A DNA stretch of 64,000 nt from Eutreptiella sp. 'Long Island Sound 2002' (lineage: Eukaryota; Protista; Euglenida), in contig OZ038379.1 in assembly GCA_964036045.1 (NCBI GenBank), forward strand, positions 4,774,001-4,838,000, given 5' to 3'. The notes beneath the pieces are model-generated. The model ran no database searches. It was not told the DNA's origin and was given only the letters and a program-made list of their open reading frames with translations. Positions 13,001-25,625 of the stretch are shown in pieces; positions within the stretch are counted from its first letter, which is position 1; each line of letters opens with the position of its first letter. A program made the position numbers and the translations under genes.

Positions 13001-16000
13001 TGCCTGTTACTACCAGGGGTAGTGAACAATGATGGAGTGTGTCATGCAGCCCCTAGTGGTAAGTCCATTTTCAGAAAGCATCGATGTGATAACTGGTAGC
13101 ACCTCCAAAGCCAGATATTTTTTCTGCTTGAGGTGTTATGATCTGGGTGAGTGCAATAGCTGTTTGTTGACAACAGCGTTAGGTGGTAGACAGTGTCAAA
13201 ACTGCAGTCACACTGAGAGGGAAATGTTTTATATGGTGGGCACTCTCTGTCCACAATGCAGTTGCTAAGAGTCAATTCCAAAACTGGTCATGGTTGTTGT
13301 TTGTAGAGGAGGCATTGAATTGTGTCACACCATCAGATGGCATGGTTGCTCTTTCGATGTGCAACTGTGAAGAAGTATGGTGAAGATTGTGGTGTTTTTC
13401 CCCATGTTTTCAGGAGATTATTCTTTTATGTGCTGCGTAATTGGAAGTTATGTTTTTACACTCCATGAGAGTACCAGGGGCATTGTGTTACTTTATGTTT
13501 TGCCATGAATTGTACACCTTGTTAGTACCTTCACAGTCATACACACCATGAGATGCGTCAAAGTGTAGTAGAAGTGGATTGCATTTATTCATGCACATTT
13601 TGCAAAGTGATTTTGAGATTGATGTGATATGGCCCCGGTAGCATGCCACAATTTCATGGGATGCAGCCGTTGATTTGCAATGGCATTCCCATCATCATAG
13701 GCTTGATGCCTCTCTCATGATGTGAGGTAGGCATAGGTTGGGTGTTGAACAAGTGTGAAGTTGTAGCTGTACAGCCGATGTTGACAGTTGATGCCGTATC
13801 TGTCTGCATCACAAACCATGCATGGAACAAGTTACTACATGAATGCACATGCCTGTTACTACCAGGGGTAGTGAACAATGATGGAGTGTGTCATGCAGCC
13901 CCTAGTGGTAAGTCCATTTTCAGAAAGCATCGATGTGATAAATGGTAGCACCTCCAAAGCCCCATGTTTCGTCTGCTTGAGGTGTTATGATCTGGGTGAG
14001 TGCAATAGCTGTTTGTTGACAACAGCGTTAGGTGGTAGACAGTGTCAAAACTGCAGTCACACTGAGAGGGAAATGTTTTATATGGTGGGCACTCTCTGTC
14101 CACAATGCAGTTGCTAAGAGTCAATTCCAAAACTGGTCATGGTTGTTGTTTGTAGAGGAGGCATTGAATTGTGCCACACCATCAGATGGCATGGTTGCTC
14201 TTTCGATGTGCAACTGTGAAGAAGTATGGTGAAGATTGTGGTGTTTTTCCCCATGTTTTCAGGAGATTATTCTTTTTATGTGCTGCGTAATTGGAAGTTA
14301 TGTTTTTACACTCCATGAGAGTACCAGGGGCATTGTGTTACTTTATGTTTTGCCATGAATTGTACACCTTGTTAGTACCTTCACAGTCATACACACCATG
14401 AGATCCATCAAAGTGTAGTAGAAGTGGATTGCATTTATTCATGCACATTTTGCAAAGTGATTTTGAGATTGATGTGATATGGCCCCGGTAGCATGCCACA
14501 ATTTCATGGGATGCAGCCGTTGATTTGCAATGGCATTCCCATCATCATAGGCTTGATGCCTCTCTCATGATGTGAGGTAGGCATAGGTTGGGTGTTGAAC
14601 AAGTGTGAAGTTGTAGCTGTACAGCCAATGTTGATAGTTGATGCCGTATCTGTCTGCATCACAAACCATGCATGGAACAAGTTATTACATGAATGCACAT
14701 GCCTGTTACTACCAGGGGTAGAGAACAATGATGGAGTGTGTCATGCAGCCCCTAGTGGTAAGTCCATTTTCAGAAAGCATTGATGCGATAACTGGTAGCA
14801 CCTCCAAAGCCAGATATTTTTTCTGCTTGAGGTGTTGTGATCTGGGTGAGTGCAATAGCTGTTTGTTGACAACAGCGTCAGGTGGTAGACAGTGTCAAAA
14901 CTGCAGTCACACTGAGAGGGAAATGTTTTATATGGTGGACACTCTTTGTTCACAATGCAGTTGCTAAGAGTCAATTCCAAAACTGGTCATGGTTGTTGTT
15001 TGTAGAGGAGGCATTGAATTGTGTCACACCATCAGATGGCATGGTTGCTCTTTCGATGTGCAACTGTGAAGAAGTATGGTGAAGATTGTGGTGTTTTCCC
15101 CCATGTTTTCACGAGATTATTCTTTTATGTGCTGCGTAATTGGAAGTTATGTTTTTACACTCCATGAGAGTACCAGGGGCATTGTGTTACTTTATGTTTT
15201 GCCATGAATTGTACACCTTGTTAGTACCTTCACAGTCATACACACCATGAGATGCGTCAAAGTGTAGTAGAAGTGGATTGCATTTATTCATGCACATTTT
15301 GCAAAGTGATTTTGAGATTGATGTGATATGGACCCGGTACTATGCCACAATTTCATGGGATGCAGCCGTTGATTTGCAATGGCATTCCCATCATCATAGG
15401 CTTGATGCCTCTCTCATGATGTGAGGTAGGCATAGGTTGGGTGTTGAACAAGTGTGAAGTTGTAGCTGTACAGCCGATGTTGACAGTTGATGCCGTATCT
15501 GTCTGCATCACAAACCATGCATGGAACAAGTTATTACATGAATGCACATGCCTGTTACTACCAGGGGTAGTGAACAATGATGGAGTGTGTCATGCAGCCC
15601 CTAGTGGTAAGTCCATTTTCAGAAAGCATCGATGTGATAAATGGTAGCACCTCCAAAGCCAGATATTTTTTCTGCTTGAGGTGTTATGATCTGGGTGAGT
15701 GCAATAGCTGTTTGTTGACAACAGCGTTAGGTGGTAGACAGTGTCAAAACTGCAGTCACACTTGGAGGGAAATGTTTTATATGGTGGGCACTCTCTGTCC
15801 ACAATGCAGTTGCTAAGAGTCAATTCCAAAACTGGTCATGGTTGTTGTTTGTAGAGGAGGCATTGAATTGTGCCACACCATCAGATGGCATGGTTGCTCT
15901 TTCGATGTGCAAATGTGAAGAAGTATGGTGAAGATTGTGGTGTTTTCCCCCATGTTTTCAGGAGATTATTCTTTTATGTGCTGCGTAATTGGAAGTTATG

Positions 16001-19000
16001 TTTTTACACTCCATGAGAGTACCAGGGGCATTGTGTTACTTTATATTTTGCCATGAATTGTACACCTTGTTAGTACCTTCACAGTCATACACACCATGAG
16101 ATGCGTCAAAGTGTAGTAGAAGTGGATTGCATTTATTCATGCACATTTTGCAAAGTGATTTTGAGATTGATGTGATATGGCCCCGGTAGCATGCCACAAT
16201 TTCATGGGATGCAGCCGTTGATTTGCAATGGCATTCCCATCATCATAGGCTTGATGCCTCTCTCATGATGTGAGGTAGGCATAGGTTGGGTGTTGAACAA
16301 GTGTGAAGTTGTAGCTGTACAGCCGATGTTGATAGTTGATGCCGTATCTGTCTGCATCACAAACCATGCATGGAACAAGTTACTACATGAATGCACATGC
16401 CTATTTCTACCAGGGGTAGTGAACAATGATGGAGTGTGTCATGCAGCCCCTAGTGGTAAGTCCATTTTCAGAAAGCATCGATGTGATAACTGGTAGCACC
16501 TCCAAAGCCAGATATTTTTTCTGCTTGAGGTGTTATGATCTGGGTGAGTGCAATAGCTGTTTGTTGACAACAGCGTCAGGTGGTAGACAGTGTCAAAACT
16601 GCAGTCACACTGAGAGGGAAATGTTTTATATGGTGGACACTCTTTGTTCACAATGCAGTTGCTAAGAGTCAATTCCAAAACTGGTCATGGTTGTTGTTTG
16701 TAGAGGAGGCATTGAATTGTGCCACACCATCAGATGGCATGGTTGCTCTTTCGATGTGCAACTGTGAAGAAGTATGGTGAAGATTGTGGTGTTTTTCCCC
16801 ATGTTTTCAGGAGATTATTCTTTTTATGTGCTGCGTAATTGGAAGTTATGTTTTTACACTCCATGAGAGTACCAGGGGCATTGTGTTACTTTATGTTTTG
16901 CCATGAATTGTACACCTTGTTAGTACCTTCACAGTCATACACACCATGAGATCCATCAAAGTGTAGTAGAAGTGGATTGCATTTATTCATGCACATTTTG
17001 CAAAGTGATTTTGAGATTGATGTGATATGGCCCCGGTAGCATGCCACAATTTCATGGGATGCAGCCGTTGATTTGCAATGGCATTCCCATCATCATAGGC
17101 TTGATGCCTCTCTCATGATGTGAGGTAGGCATAGGTTGGGTGTTGAACAAGTGTGAAGTTGTAGCTGTACAGCCGATGTTGACAGTTGATGCCGTATCTG
17201 TCTGCATCACAAACCATGCATGGAACAAGTTACTACATGAATGCACATGCCTGTTACTACCAGGGGTAGTGAACAATGATGGAGTGTGTCATGCAGCCCC
17301 TAGTGGTAAGTCCATTTTCAGAAAGCATCGATGTGATAAATGGTAGCACCTCCAAAGCCAGATATTTTTTCTGCTTGAGGTGTTATGATCTGGGTGAGTG
17401 CAATAGCTGTTTGTTGACAACAGCGTTAGGTGGTAGACAGTGTCAAAACTGCAGTCACACTTGGAGGGAAATGTTTTATATGGTGGGCACACTCTGTCCA
17501 CAATGCAGTTGCTAAGAGTCAATTCCAAAACTGGTCATGGTTGTTGTTTGTAGAGGAGGCATTGAATTGTGTCACACCATCAGATGGCATGGTTGCTCTT
17601 TCGATGTGCAACTGTGAAGAAGTATGGTGAAGATTGTGGTGTTTTCCCCCATGTTTTCAGGAGATTATTCTTTTATGTGCTGCGTAATTGGAAGTTATGT
17701 TTTTACACTCCATGAGAGTACCAGGGGCATTGTGTTACTTTATATTTTGCCATGAATTGTACACCTTGTTAGTACCTTCACAGTCATACACACCATGAGA
17801 TGCGTCAAAGTGTAGTAGAAGTGGATTGCATTTATTCATGCACATTTTGCAAAGTGATTTTGAGATTGATGTGATATGGCCCCGGTAGCATGCCACAATT
17901 TCATGGGATGCAGCCGTTGATTTGCAATGGCATTCCCATCATCATAGGCTTGATGCCTCTCTCATGATGTGAGGTAGGCATAGGTTGGGTGTTGAACAAG
18001 TGTGAAGTTGTAGCTGTACAGCCAATGTTGATAGTTGATGCCGTATCTGTCTGCATCACAAACCATGCATGGAACAAGTTACTACATGAATGCACATGCC
18101 TATTTCTACCAGGGGTAGTGAACAATGATGGAGTGTGTCATGCAGCCCCTAGTGGTAAGTCCATTTTCAGAAAGCATCGATGTGATAACTGGTAGCACCT
18201 CCAAAGCCAGATATTTTTTCTGCTTGAGGTGTTATGATCTGGGTGAGTGCAATAGCTGTTTGTTGACAACAGCGTCAGGTGGTAGACAGTGTCAAAACTG
18301 CAGTCACACTGAGAGGGAAATGTTTTATATGGTGGACACTCTTTGTTCACAATGCAGTTGCTAAGAGTCAATTCCAAAACTGGTCATGGTTGTTGTTTGT
18401 AGAGGAGGCATTGAATTGTGCCACACCATCAGATGGCATGGTTGCTCTTTCGATGTGCAACTGTGAAGAAGTATGGTGAAGATTGTGGTGTTTTTCCCCA
18501 TGTTTTCAGGAGATTATTCTTTTTATGTGCTGCGTAATTGGAAGTTATGTTTTTACACTCCATGAGAGTACCAGGGGCATTGTGTTACTTTATGTTTTGC
18601 CATGAATTGTACACCTTGTTAGTACCTTCACAGTCATACACACCATGAGATCCATCAAAGTGTAGTAGAAGTGGATTGCATTTATTCATGCACATTTTGC
18701 AAAGTGATTTTGAGATTGATGTGATATGGCCCCGGTAGCATGCCACAATTTCATGGGATGCAGCCGTTGATTTGCAATGGCATTCCCATCATCATAGGCT
18801 TGATGCCTCTCTCATGATGTGAGGTAGGCATAGGTTGGGTGTTGAACAAGTGTGAAGTTGTAGCTGTACAGCCAATGTTGATAGTTGATGCCGTATCTGT
18901 TTGCATCACAAACCATGCATGGAACAAGTTATTACATGAATGCACATGCCTGTTACTACCAGGGGTAGTGAACAATGATGGAGTGTGTCATGCAGCCCCT

Positions 19001-19511
19001 AGTGGTAAGTCCATTTTCAGAAAGCATCGATGTGATAACTGGTAGCACCTCCAAAGCCAGATATTTTTTCTGCTTGAGGTGTTATGATCTGGGTGAGTGC
19101 AATAGCTGTTTGTTGACAACAGCGTTAGGTGGTAGACAGTGTCAAAACTGCAGTCACACTGAGAGGGAAATGTTTTATATGGTGGGCACTCTCTGTCCAC
19201 AATGCAGTTGCTAAGAGTCAATTCCAAAACTGGTCATGGTTGTTGTTTGTAGAGGAGGCATTGAATTGTGTCACACCATCAGATGGCATGGTTGCTCTTT
19301 CGATGTGCAACTGTGAAGAAGTATGGTGAAGATTGTGGTGTTTTCCCCCATGTTTTCAGGAGATTATTCTTTTTATGTGCTGCGTAATTGGAAGTTATGT
19401 TTTTACACTCCATGAGAGTACCAGGGGCATTGTGTTACTTTATATTTTGCCATGAATTGTACACCTTGTTAGTACCTTCACAGTTATACACACCATGAGA
19501 TGCGTCAAAGT
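1064..19511. repeat. 849-850 bp tandem satellite, about 21.7 near-identical monomers
   Basis: The marker ATGATGGAGTGTGTCATGC recurs at 1132, 1982, 2832 ... 18125, 18975 (22 times, spacing 849 or 850). The length difference comes from a T5 versus T4 tract in TTATTC(T)nATG. Confidence 0.99.
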
Positions 19512-20272
19512 TTACTGCCTAATTGCACCACTTTTTCTTGAACAAGCCATCAAGCCTGGGTTCTACACAAGAAAATGCCCCGAATACCCTTTGCCCTCAC
19601 CACGATTATTTTTCCATGGAGTCAATTGCAATTATTGCTGCACATTTTGCAAAGTGATTTTGAGATTGATGTAATATTGACCCGGCAGCATGCCACAATT
19701 TCATGGGATGCAGCCGTTGGTTTGCAATGGCATTCCCATCATCATAGGCTTGATGCCTCTCTCGTGATGTGAGGTAGGCATAGGTTGGGTGTTGAACAAG
19801 TGTGAAGTTGTAGCTGTACAGCTGATGTTGACAGTTGATGCCGTATCTGTTTGCATCACAAACCATGCATGGAACAAGTTATTGCATGAATGCACATGCC
19901 TGTTACTACCAGGGGTAGTGAACAATGTCGAGGAGGCATTGAATTGTGCCACACCATCAGATGGCATGGTTGCTCTTTCGATGTGCAACTGTGAAGAAGT
20001 ATGGTGAAGATTGTGGTGTTCTCCACCATGTTTTCAGGAGATTATTCTTTTTATGTGCTGCATAATTGGAAGTTATGTTTTTACACTCTACGAGCGTACC
20101 AGGGGCATTATATTAGTTAACGTTTTGCCATGAATTGTACACCTTGTTAGTACCTGCAATGTCATACACAGCGCGAGATTCATCAAAGTGTACCACCACG
20201 TCGGATTAAATTTCCTGCATAAGCAATCAAGCTTTGGTTTTGCATTAGTCAATGCCCCCAAAACCCGATGCA
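19512..20272. repeat. Diverged and rearranged terminal satellite monomers
   Basis: Homologous to the monomer, with about 100 bp extra after TCAAAGT (19512-19610), an internal deletion at about 19926 (AACAATG joined to TCGAGGAGGC) and many substitutions. Confidence 0.9.
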
Positions 20273-20484
20273 CACTGGCTATCGGTACTGAGCGATCTCT
20301 TTTTTGTTTTTCAGTGCCTAGCTTCGGGTTACCCTTTCACCGCCCTCAGTCACCGTTCTATCGCCGTCCGCTAGCTTTCAACTGCTGTCGGTTACCCTGC
20401 AGCATAGCTGCACACAGATTTGTACCCGACACTGGTCCCTTTCCTTGTGCCGTACTGAGGTCCCTCTGAATTGGCAATCCTCAG

Positions 20485-20626
20485 AATCTCGTCTTCCGGA
20501 TCTGATTCACGCTTCAAGTTCAAGCCGTCGATGGTCCAATGGATGAACGACATCGAAAAGGACTCGCAATATGCCTCGTGGTCATCGTCGGTGCAGGAGC
20601 TCCTAAAGCCCTCGTTTTATGGCCAG
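20485..20626 (+). CDS. UGGT: UGGT visible exon 1 ([47 protein letters not shown])
   Basis: CTCAG acceptor, CAG|GTCCAT donor, W-x-N-D-I-E-K-D motif. The 5' boundary is less certain. Confidence 0.85.
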
Positions 20627-23600
20627 GTCCATGCACACCTACCGGCCCCAAACCCTAGACCATTTGCGCGTGCACATGTGCGGCTGTGCCTGTCATTGTC
20701 TTTCTGCGGCATGGCCGTTAGGGTTCACGGGAAGCCAGGGAAAACATGTGCCCACCAGGAGTTGTCGGAGAGAAGGTTTCAGGAAGCAGTGCAGTCTCTA
20801 AACCCTCAAAGGTGGTTCCAGCCCTCCTCTTTTCTGGCTCCCGTCACCTCCTTAGCTCGAGCCTGAGCTCCAGATGTGGCTCTAGCCGCAGCCCTGGCTC
20901 TAGCTGCAGCTTTACCACTAGCTACAGCTCTGGATCTAGCTCCGGCGTAGGCTGTGCACTCGGTCTAGCACTGGACACACACAATCAGGAGACAAAAAGA
21001 AACCAGTGGCAATGGCAAAATGCCTGGAATGTTTCACCGCCCCCAGTGCCTCCACGAGTGACCGGCCTCTTATCCCGCTGGCGCCGTTGGGCACCCTCGT
21101 ACCTGTGGAGGGTAGTGCAAAGGCTTGGTACTGCGGGAAGTACCAGGACCCTATTTCAAGCCTCAATCTGCTCTGGGCATGAACCCGTATGATGGGCTGT
21201 GGGCAGATGAGGATGCCTCTGGAAAAGATGATCACAATGATGAAGTATGTTTTGGTGCAATTCCTTTGTATTCTTCGGGGGTGGTGGCTGTCATGGGTGT
21301 ACAATTGGGGTTCCAGCAACAAATGTTGACGCACACGGGGCGCACGCAGTGCACAGTCGTCCCCCCTGGTGCTGAGGGAAGGCCGGTGTGTTGAGGGTGT
21401 GGCGTGCGGGGTGACGACCATCGTCAGATGATGGCCGAGGGCGGTATCCTCGTCCGACCATTGTTTTCCCTACCTTTGGCCGTGCTTGCGTAAGGGGCAG
21501 ATGGGGCGAGCCCTGTGTGCGGCACTCTGCAGGTGCGGTACTCGCGGCGGAATCTCTTCACAGCCATCTACCTCATAGACCCCAGCAAAAAGGAGCAGCT
21601 GGCGGCCCAGGCTGTGGTGTCCCGCTTTATTGCCCAAAGCGCGCCCACACGCGTGGGGTTCGTGCTGGTCTGCCCCGAGACACTGAAACAAGTCCAGAGG
21701 CTGCGAGTGGCAGACGATGTGGACATCCTCAGCTCCGGTGTGTGTGGCTTGTGGGTGCCATTGTGGGTGTGCCAAGGTCAGAGATGCCTTGTTCAGGGTT
21801 TGCAGCAGCAGCAGCAAAGAGAAGGGATGGAAGACCCATGCTGCTCTTGGGCTTTCGCCGGGGTCTCGAAGTGGAGCCAGGGCCCGAGCCACAGGGCACG
21901 AGAACCAGAGCTAGTGCTAGACTGAGTGCAGAGGTGAAGCTAGAGCCAGCGCTAGAGCTCGTGGTAGACTTGGAGCCAGAGTTGGGGCTAGGGCTGCGTG
22001 CGGATCGTCGAAATTGGCCGAGGGCGAGAGGCCCACGTCAGACTTGAAGTCGAGGGCCAGCGCCCCTGCCTCTTTGCGCGACTGTCCATTGGTGCCACTG
22101 TCACTTCCGGGCTCACTATTCGGGCATGCCGGGCTGGAGTAGTGTCGACTGCTGACCAGGGGCGCGACTGCAAGAGCACTGTGGGTATCTGCGTCGCCCA
22201 ACAGGACCAGTGCCCCCCACCAAGTACTCCTTCACTATGCGCACTCTCGGCACAGCACAGCATGGCACAGCAGGGCACAGCGCAGCACATCACAGTTCCC
22301 CGCACAAAGTGCGCCAAAGAGGCCAAAAATGTGTGGAATCGAAACACCTCATTTTATTGGTTCCACATCGTCAGCACACAGAGGGCTGTTGCGTGCTTGT
22401 GCTGTGCTGTGCTGCGCCGTTGCGTGCTGCGGCGTGCCGTACTGTGCTGTACCGTGCCCCGGCCCGACACGCTGTGCTGTCACGTGATCCGGCCCTCCGA
22501 ATCCGCTTTTCAAAGCTGCCCCGCCCTCGAAAGGGAACTCTCCCAGTGCATTTGGAGGGACGCGGCGTGGGCGCATAGACGGCGCGCAGACCGTGCGTAG
22601 AGGGCGCAGAGGTCGCATAGAGGGTGCACAGGGTGCGGAGGCCGTGTATAGAGGGCGGCGTTCCTGTTTCGCATCTCGGCAGTGCAGGGTGGGGCACCCC
22701 TCCCCAGACCCCAACCCCAGTAAACAGGAGGGGTGCCCCGGGGTCGGCAGGCCAGTGGCCCCATGACATGAAGCTGTCTGCCATCCCTTCCGTTCTCCTG
22801 TCAGACAAAGCGTTGGAGAAGCAGGTGCTTCAGGGCCTTGAGGACGCAGAGGACCAGTTTGAGGTCACAGCCGAGGGCAAGACAACGCGGGTGGAGGCAG
22901 ACGTGGCCGAGCCCGACGAGTATGTGCCACAGGTGACCACGGCCACCCAAATCATTTCGTTGTTCCATTACCTCAAGGCCGTCAACAAAGAGTACGCCTT
23001 TGCATTCCTGGGCCGCATGTATTCGATCTCAAAAGGTCTGCCTGTGTTTCCCTCCCCAGGTTCTATGCATCCCAACATGAACCGGGGATGGCACCCCCTC
23101 TGAGGTCGAGTCGGTGTATCCACATTGTCAGATGAGCTTTGAGGCAGCAGGGCACCCGGCCGGCCGGTGCTTGCGAGAGGCGCACGCTGGTGGTAGATGT
23201 CGAGGGCAGACCTTCTGAGGACTATCCTCTGTCTACCGCTGACCTTGCAAGCCCATGTGGTGGTTTTGGCACAAGTCGCATTTGACTGGCTGTCTGTCCC
23301 ATGGAGCAACCCTTCCACCACAGGTTGCCCCAGACCCACCGGAGCTTGACTCATCAGCATTTGGCCCACAGGGGGAGGGATAATTTCGTGCGAAAATTTT
23401 GTGTTCAAGGAAGGTGGCGCAATTTTTCCCTGGCGAAGTTTCGGGGTGTCGGCACTGCAGTGAAGATGCCAATGGCACTGCATACCGTGGGTCCATAGTT
23501 TTGAGGGCAACTGGAACAGCAGATTCTTTCAGATGTCGTGAGTTCATGCTGCTTTCAGTGGCAAGTTGAATTGCAAATCTGTCTACCTCTGTAACAGAGC

Positions 23601-25579
23601 ATGGGCTTGCACGTTGAGGCGTGCATGAGGCATTTGGGATTTGCTTATGTTATAGCAGCAAGGAACCAACACGATCAAATCGTTTGGTATTCTTACCCTG
23701 CTGCATACCTTTTTGTGATAGGGCTTGAAGGATGATTGGGTGCTGACATGTGCATGAATGGAAAAGGAGTGACCAGGAAGGTGAAGGCGCTCAACCAGCT
23801 AGCGCTAGTCAGCTTTAGAGAATCTTCATTGTTGTCAACTGCTTCACACTGATGGGCTTAGAGTTGTTATCCAAACACAAACTGATGGGTTTTTTGATGA
23901 TTGAGGAGGACGGGGCAATGCGAAGGCGCAAGCCAATAGTGGTAATCCAGGGTTGCTTTGATGACGGCTGGCAACTGACATGTGAAAGAAAGGTGCCAAT
24001 GATTGCAGAGGTAGCACAAACGTGCCAACACTCAAATGCTGGTCTTAGAGAGTACGTTAGCGCCGGGCAAAGTTTCCCCACGCTTTGGTGTGGCCCCTCG
24101 AGTTGGGGTAAAGGAATGCCACTCTTCGGTGTGGCCACTTGAGTGGTCCGTCACGCACAAGAGGGGGATTCTTTGATTCTGAGGTGGGTGGCCATGATGG
24201 GGCCTACAAGGGTAGGGTGCATGTGATCGTCCCATTTGTGGGGCGAAAAAATGGAAATTTAATTGATCGCCAACAGTCATACAAAGTGCCTGTGCTTAGC
24301 GTTCCTGGGCTAGAGGAGGGAGTGATATTTGGGGGTAAAGCATTGTGATAGATGGCCGGAACATTCATTTGGATGCCGGACGCGCTGGGCAAACGTATCC
24401 TCTAAGGGTTGGAAGGTGTTGCGCTCAAGCCACCCAAGCTCCTGTTAAGCCGCACAAGGTATCTGTGGAGCTGTATCAAAGGACGGCTACATTGCCATGC
24501 AGAAGTAGATATTCCGGGGGGGGGGGGGGGCTGGCGCTGGGTGTAAGAGAGGGGTTTTGTGGGTCTTGCACAAGCATGCAGCTTGTCCCGGATGCGCATG
24601 CAGCGACTGCCGGCATTGCACATTTGTGTGTTGCTTGGGGAGGCAAAAATCCACGAAGACCCTGCAAACACAACAAAACACCGCGCACCCTGTTGTGGTG
24701 TGCCAAGGCAATATTCATGTGCATCTTCAGTGACACCGTGCACATGTGGAATCGATCCACACAAGTCTCCTCGGAGCTCTTAACTTGACATGTCACATGT
24801 GTACTCCATCCAGTTTTTTGGGTTGCACTCCACATTTTCCAGTTCCACTGCAATCCTTGGCTTTTCACTTTACCCCCCGTCAACCTGCATTTTACACAAT
24901 ATGGGATGTAGGATCCGAAATGATTCCAACGTCTTGTAAGCCCAAGCTTGGCTCTGTTCCGGGGATTCGGACCTGGGGGTTGAGACCGCCGTGCCATGGG
25001 GGCGTGCCACCGAATCGGAGAGCCGCCTCAAGCACTTCCATGGCCTCGGTTGCTGCTTTACCCAAGCACACTGTGCCTCAAGCGCTGCTCTGCCTGGGGG
25101 CTGGTCTGGGAAGGTGGATGGAAGGGACCCCGCACCAAGAACTCACCACCAGACCGACCGACCGCCCCAGTCCGCGTGTCTGTTGGCTCAGTGGCAGCGG
25201 GCGAGCCGTGCTGTGCCCCGTCACCGCTGTGTAGGGGAGAACGTGACGTACGCGGACATGGAGACGGCGTGGCAGGGCGTCGCGCCCTCCCGGGACCGCA
25301 GTGTCAAGCGGATGGAGGAGGTGCTGGCGGAGGGCAAGGCCGAGAAGGACATCAAGAAGACGGCGCTGTACGTCGTGGACCGCGGCCTGACCACGCAGCC
25401 CCTGTGCCTCTTCAATGGGCTGCTGATCAAAGACAAGAGCCCACGGGACACGTTTTTCGAGGGCATGCAGAAGGAACAGCCCTACATCCGTGAACTCATC
25501 CGGTCTGCCACTTCTCCAACCGTTGGTATTGGTGGAACACTGGTTGGGGATGCGGTGGTCGGGGAATGGCGGGGCAGTG

Positions 25580-25625
<46 letters not shown>

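Noticed and set aside
1132-19329. Recurring 63-79 aa ORFs in the satellite as a tandem gene family
   Set aside because: They overlap on both strands, lack the GC3-rich codon usage of the real exons, carry variable stops, and the unit length is not a multiple of 3. They are kept only as a possible fossil.
1064-19511. Satellite as a 5S rRNA, spliced-leader RNA or snoRNA tandem cluster
   Set aside because: I recognised no 5S sequence. Only an 8-nt CTTTCTGA resembles a euglenid leader. The one box C-like ATGATGA on the minus strand has no box D at a suitable distance.
19606-19866. J-domain-like peptide (YAYLTSRERHQAYDDG; HPDHN in another ORF) on the minus strand
   Set aside because: The fragments are in different frames and in the wrong spacing; the resemblance is too short to support.
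1064-20272. Fungal RIP as the cause of the base bias
   Set aside because: RIP depletes CpA, but here CpA/TpG are abundant and CpG is the depleted dinucleotide.
21125-21394. Acidic peptide [22 protein letters not shown] as an extra UGGT exon
   Set aside because: Exons 1 and 2 already join seamlessly (YGQ|VRYSRRN), and the peptide has no family similarity.
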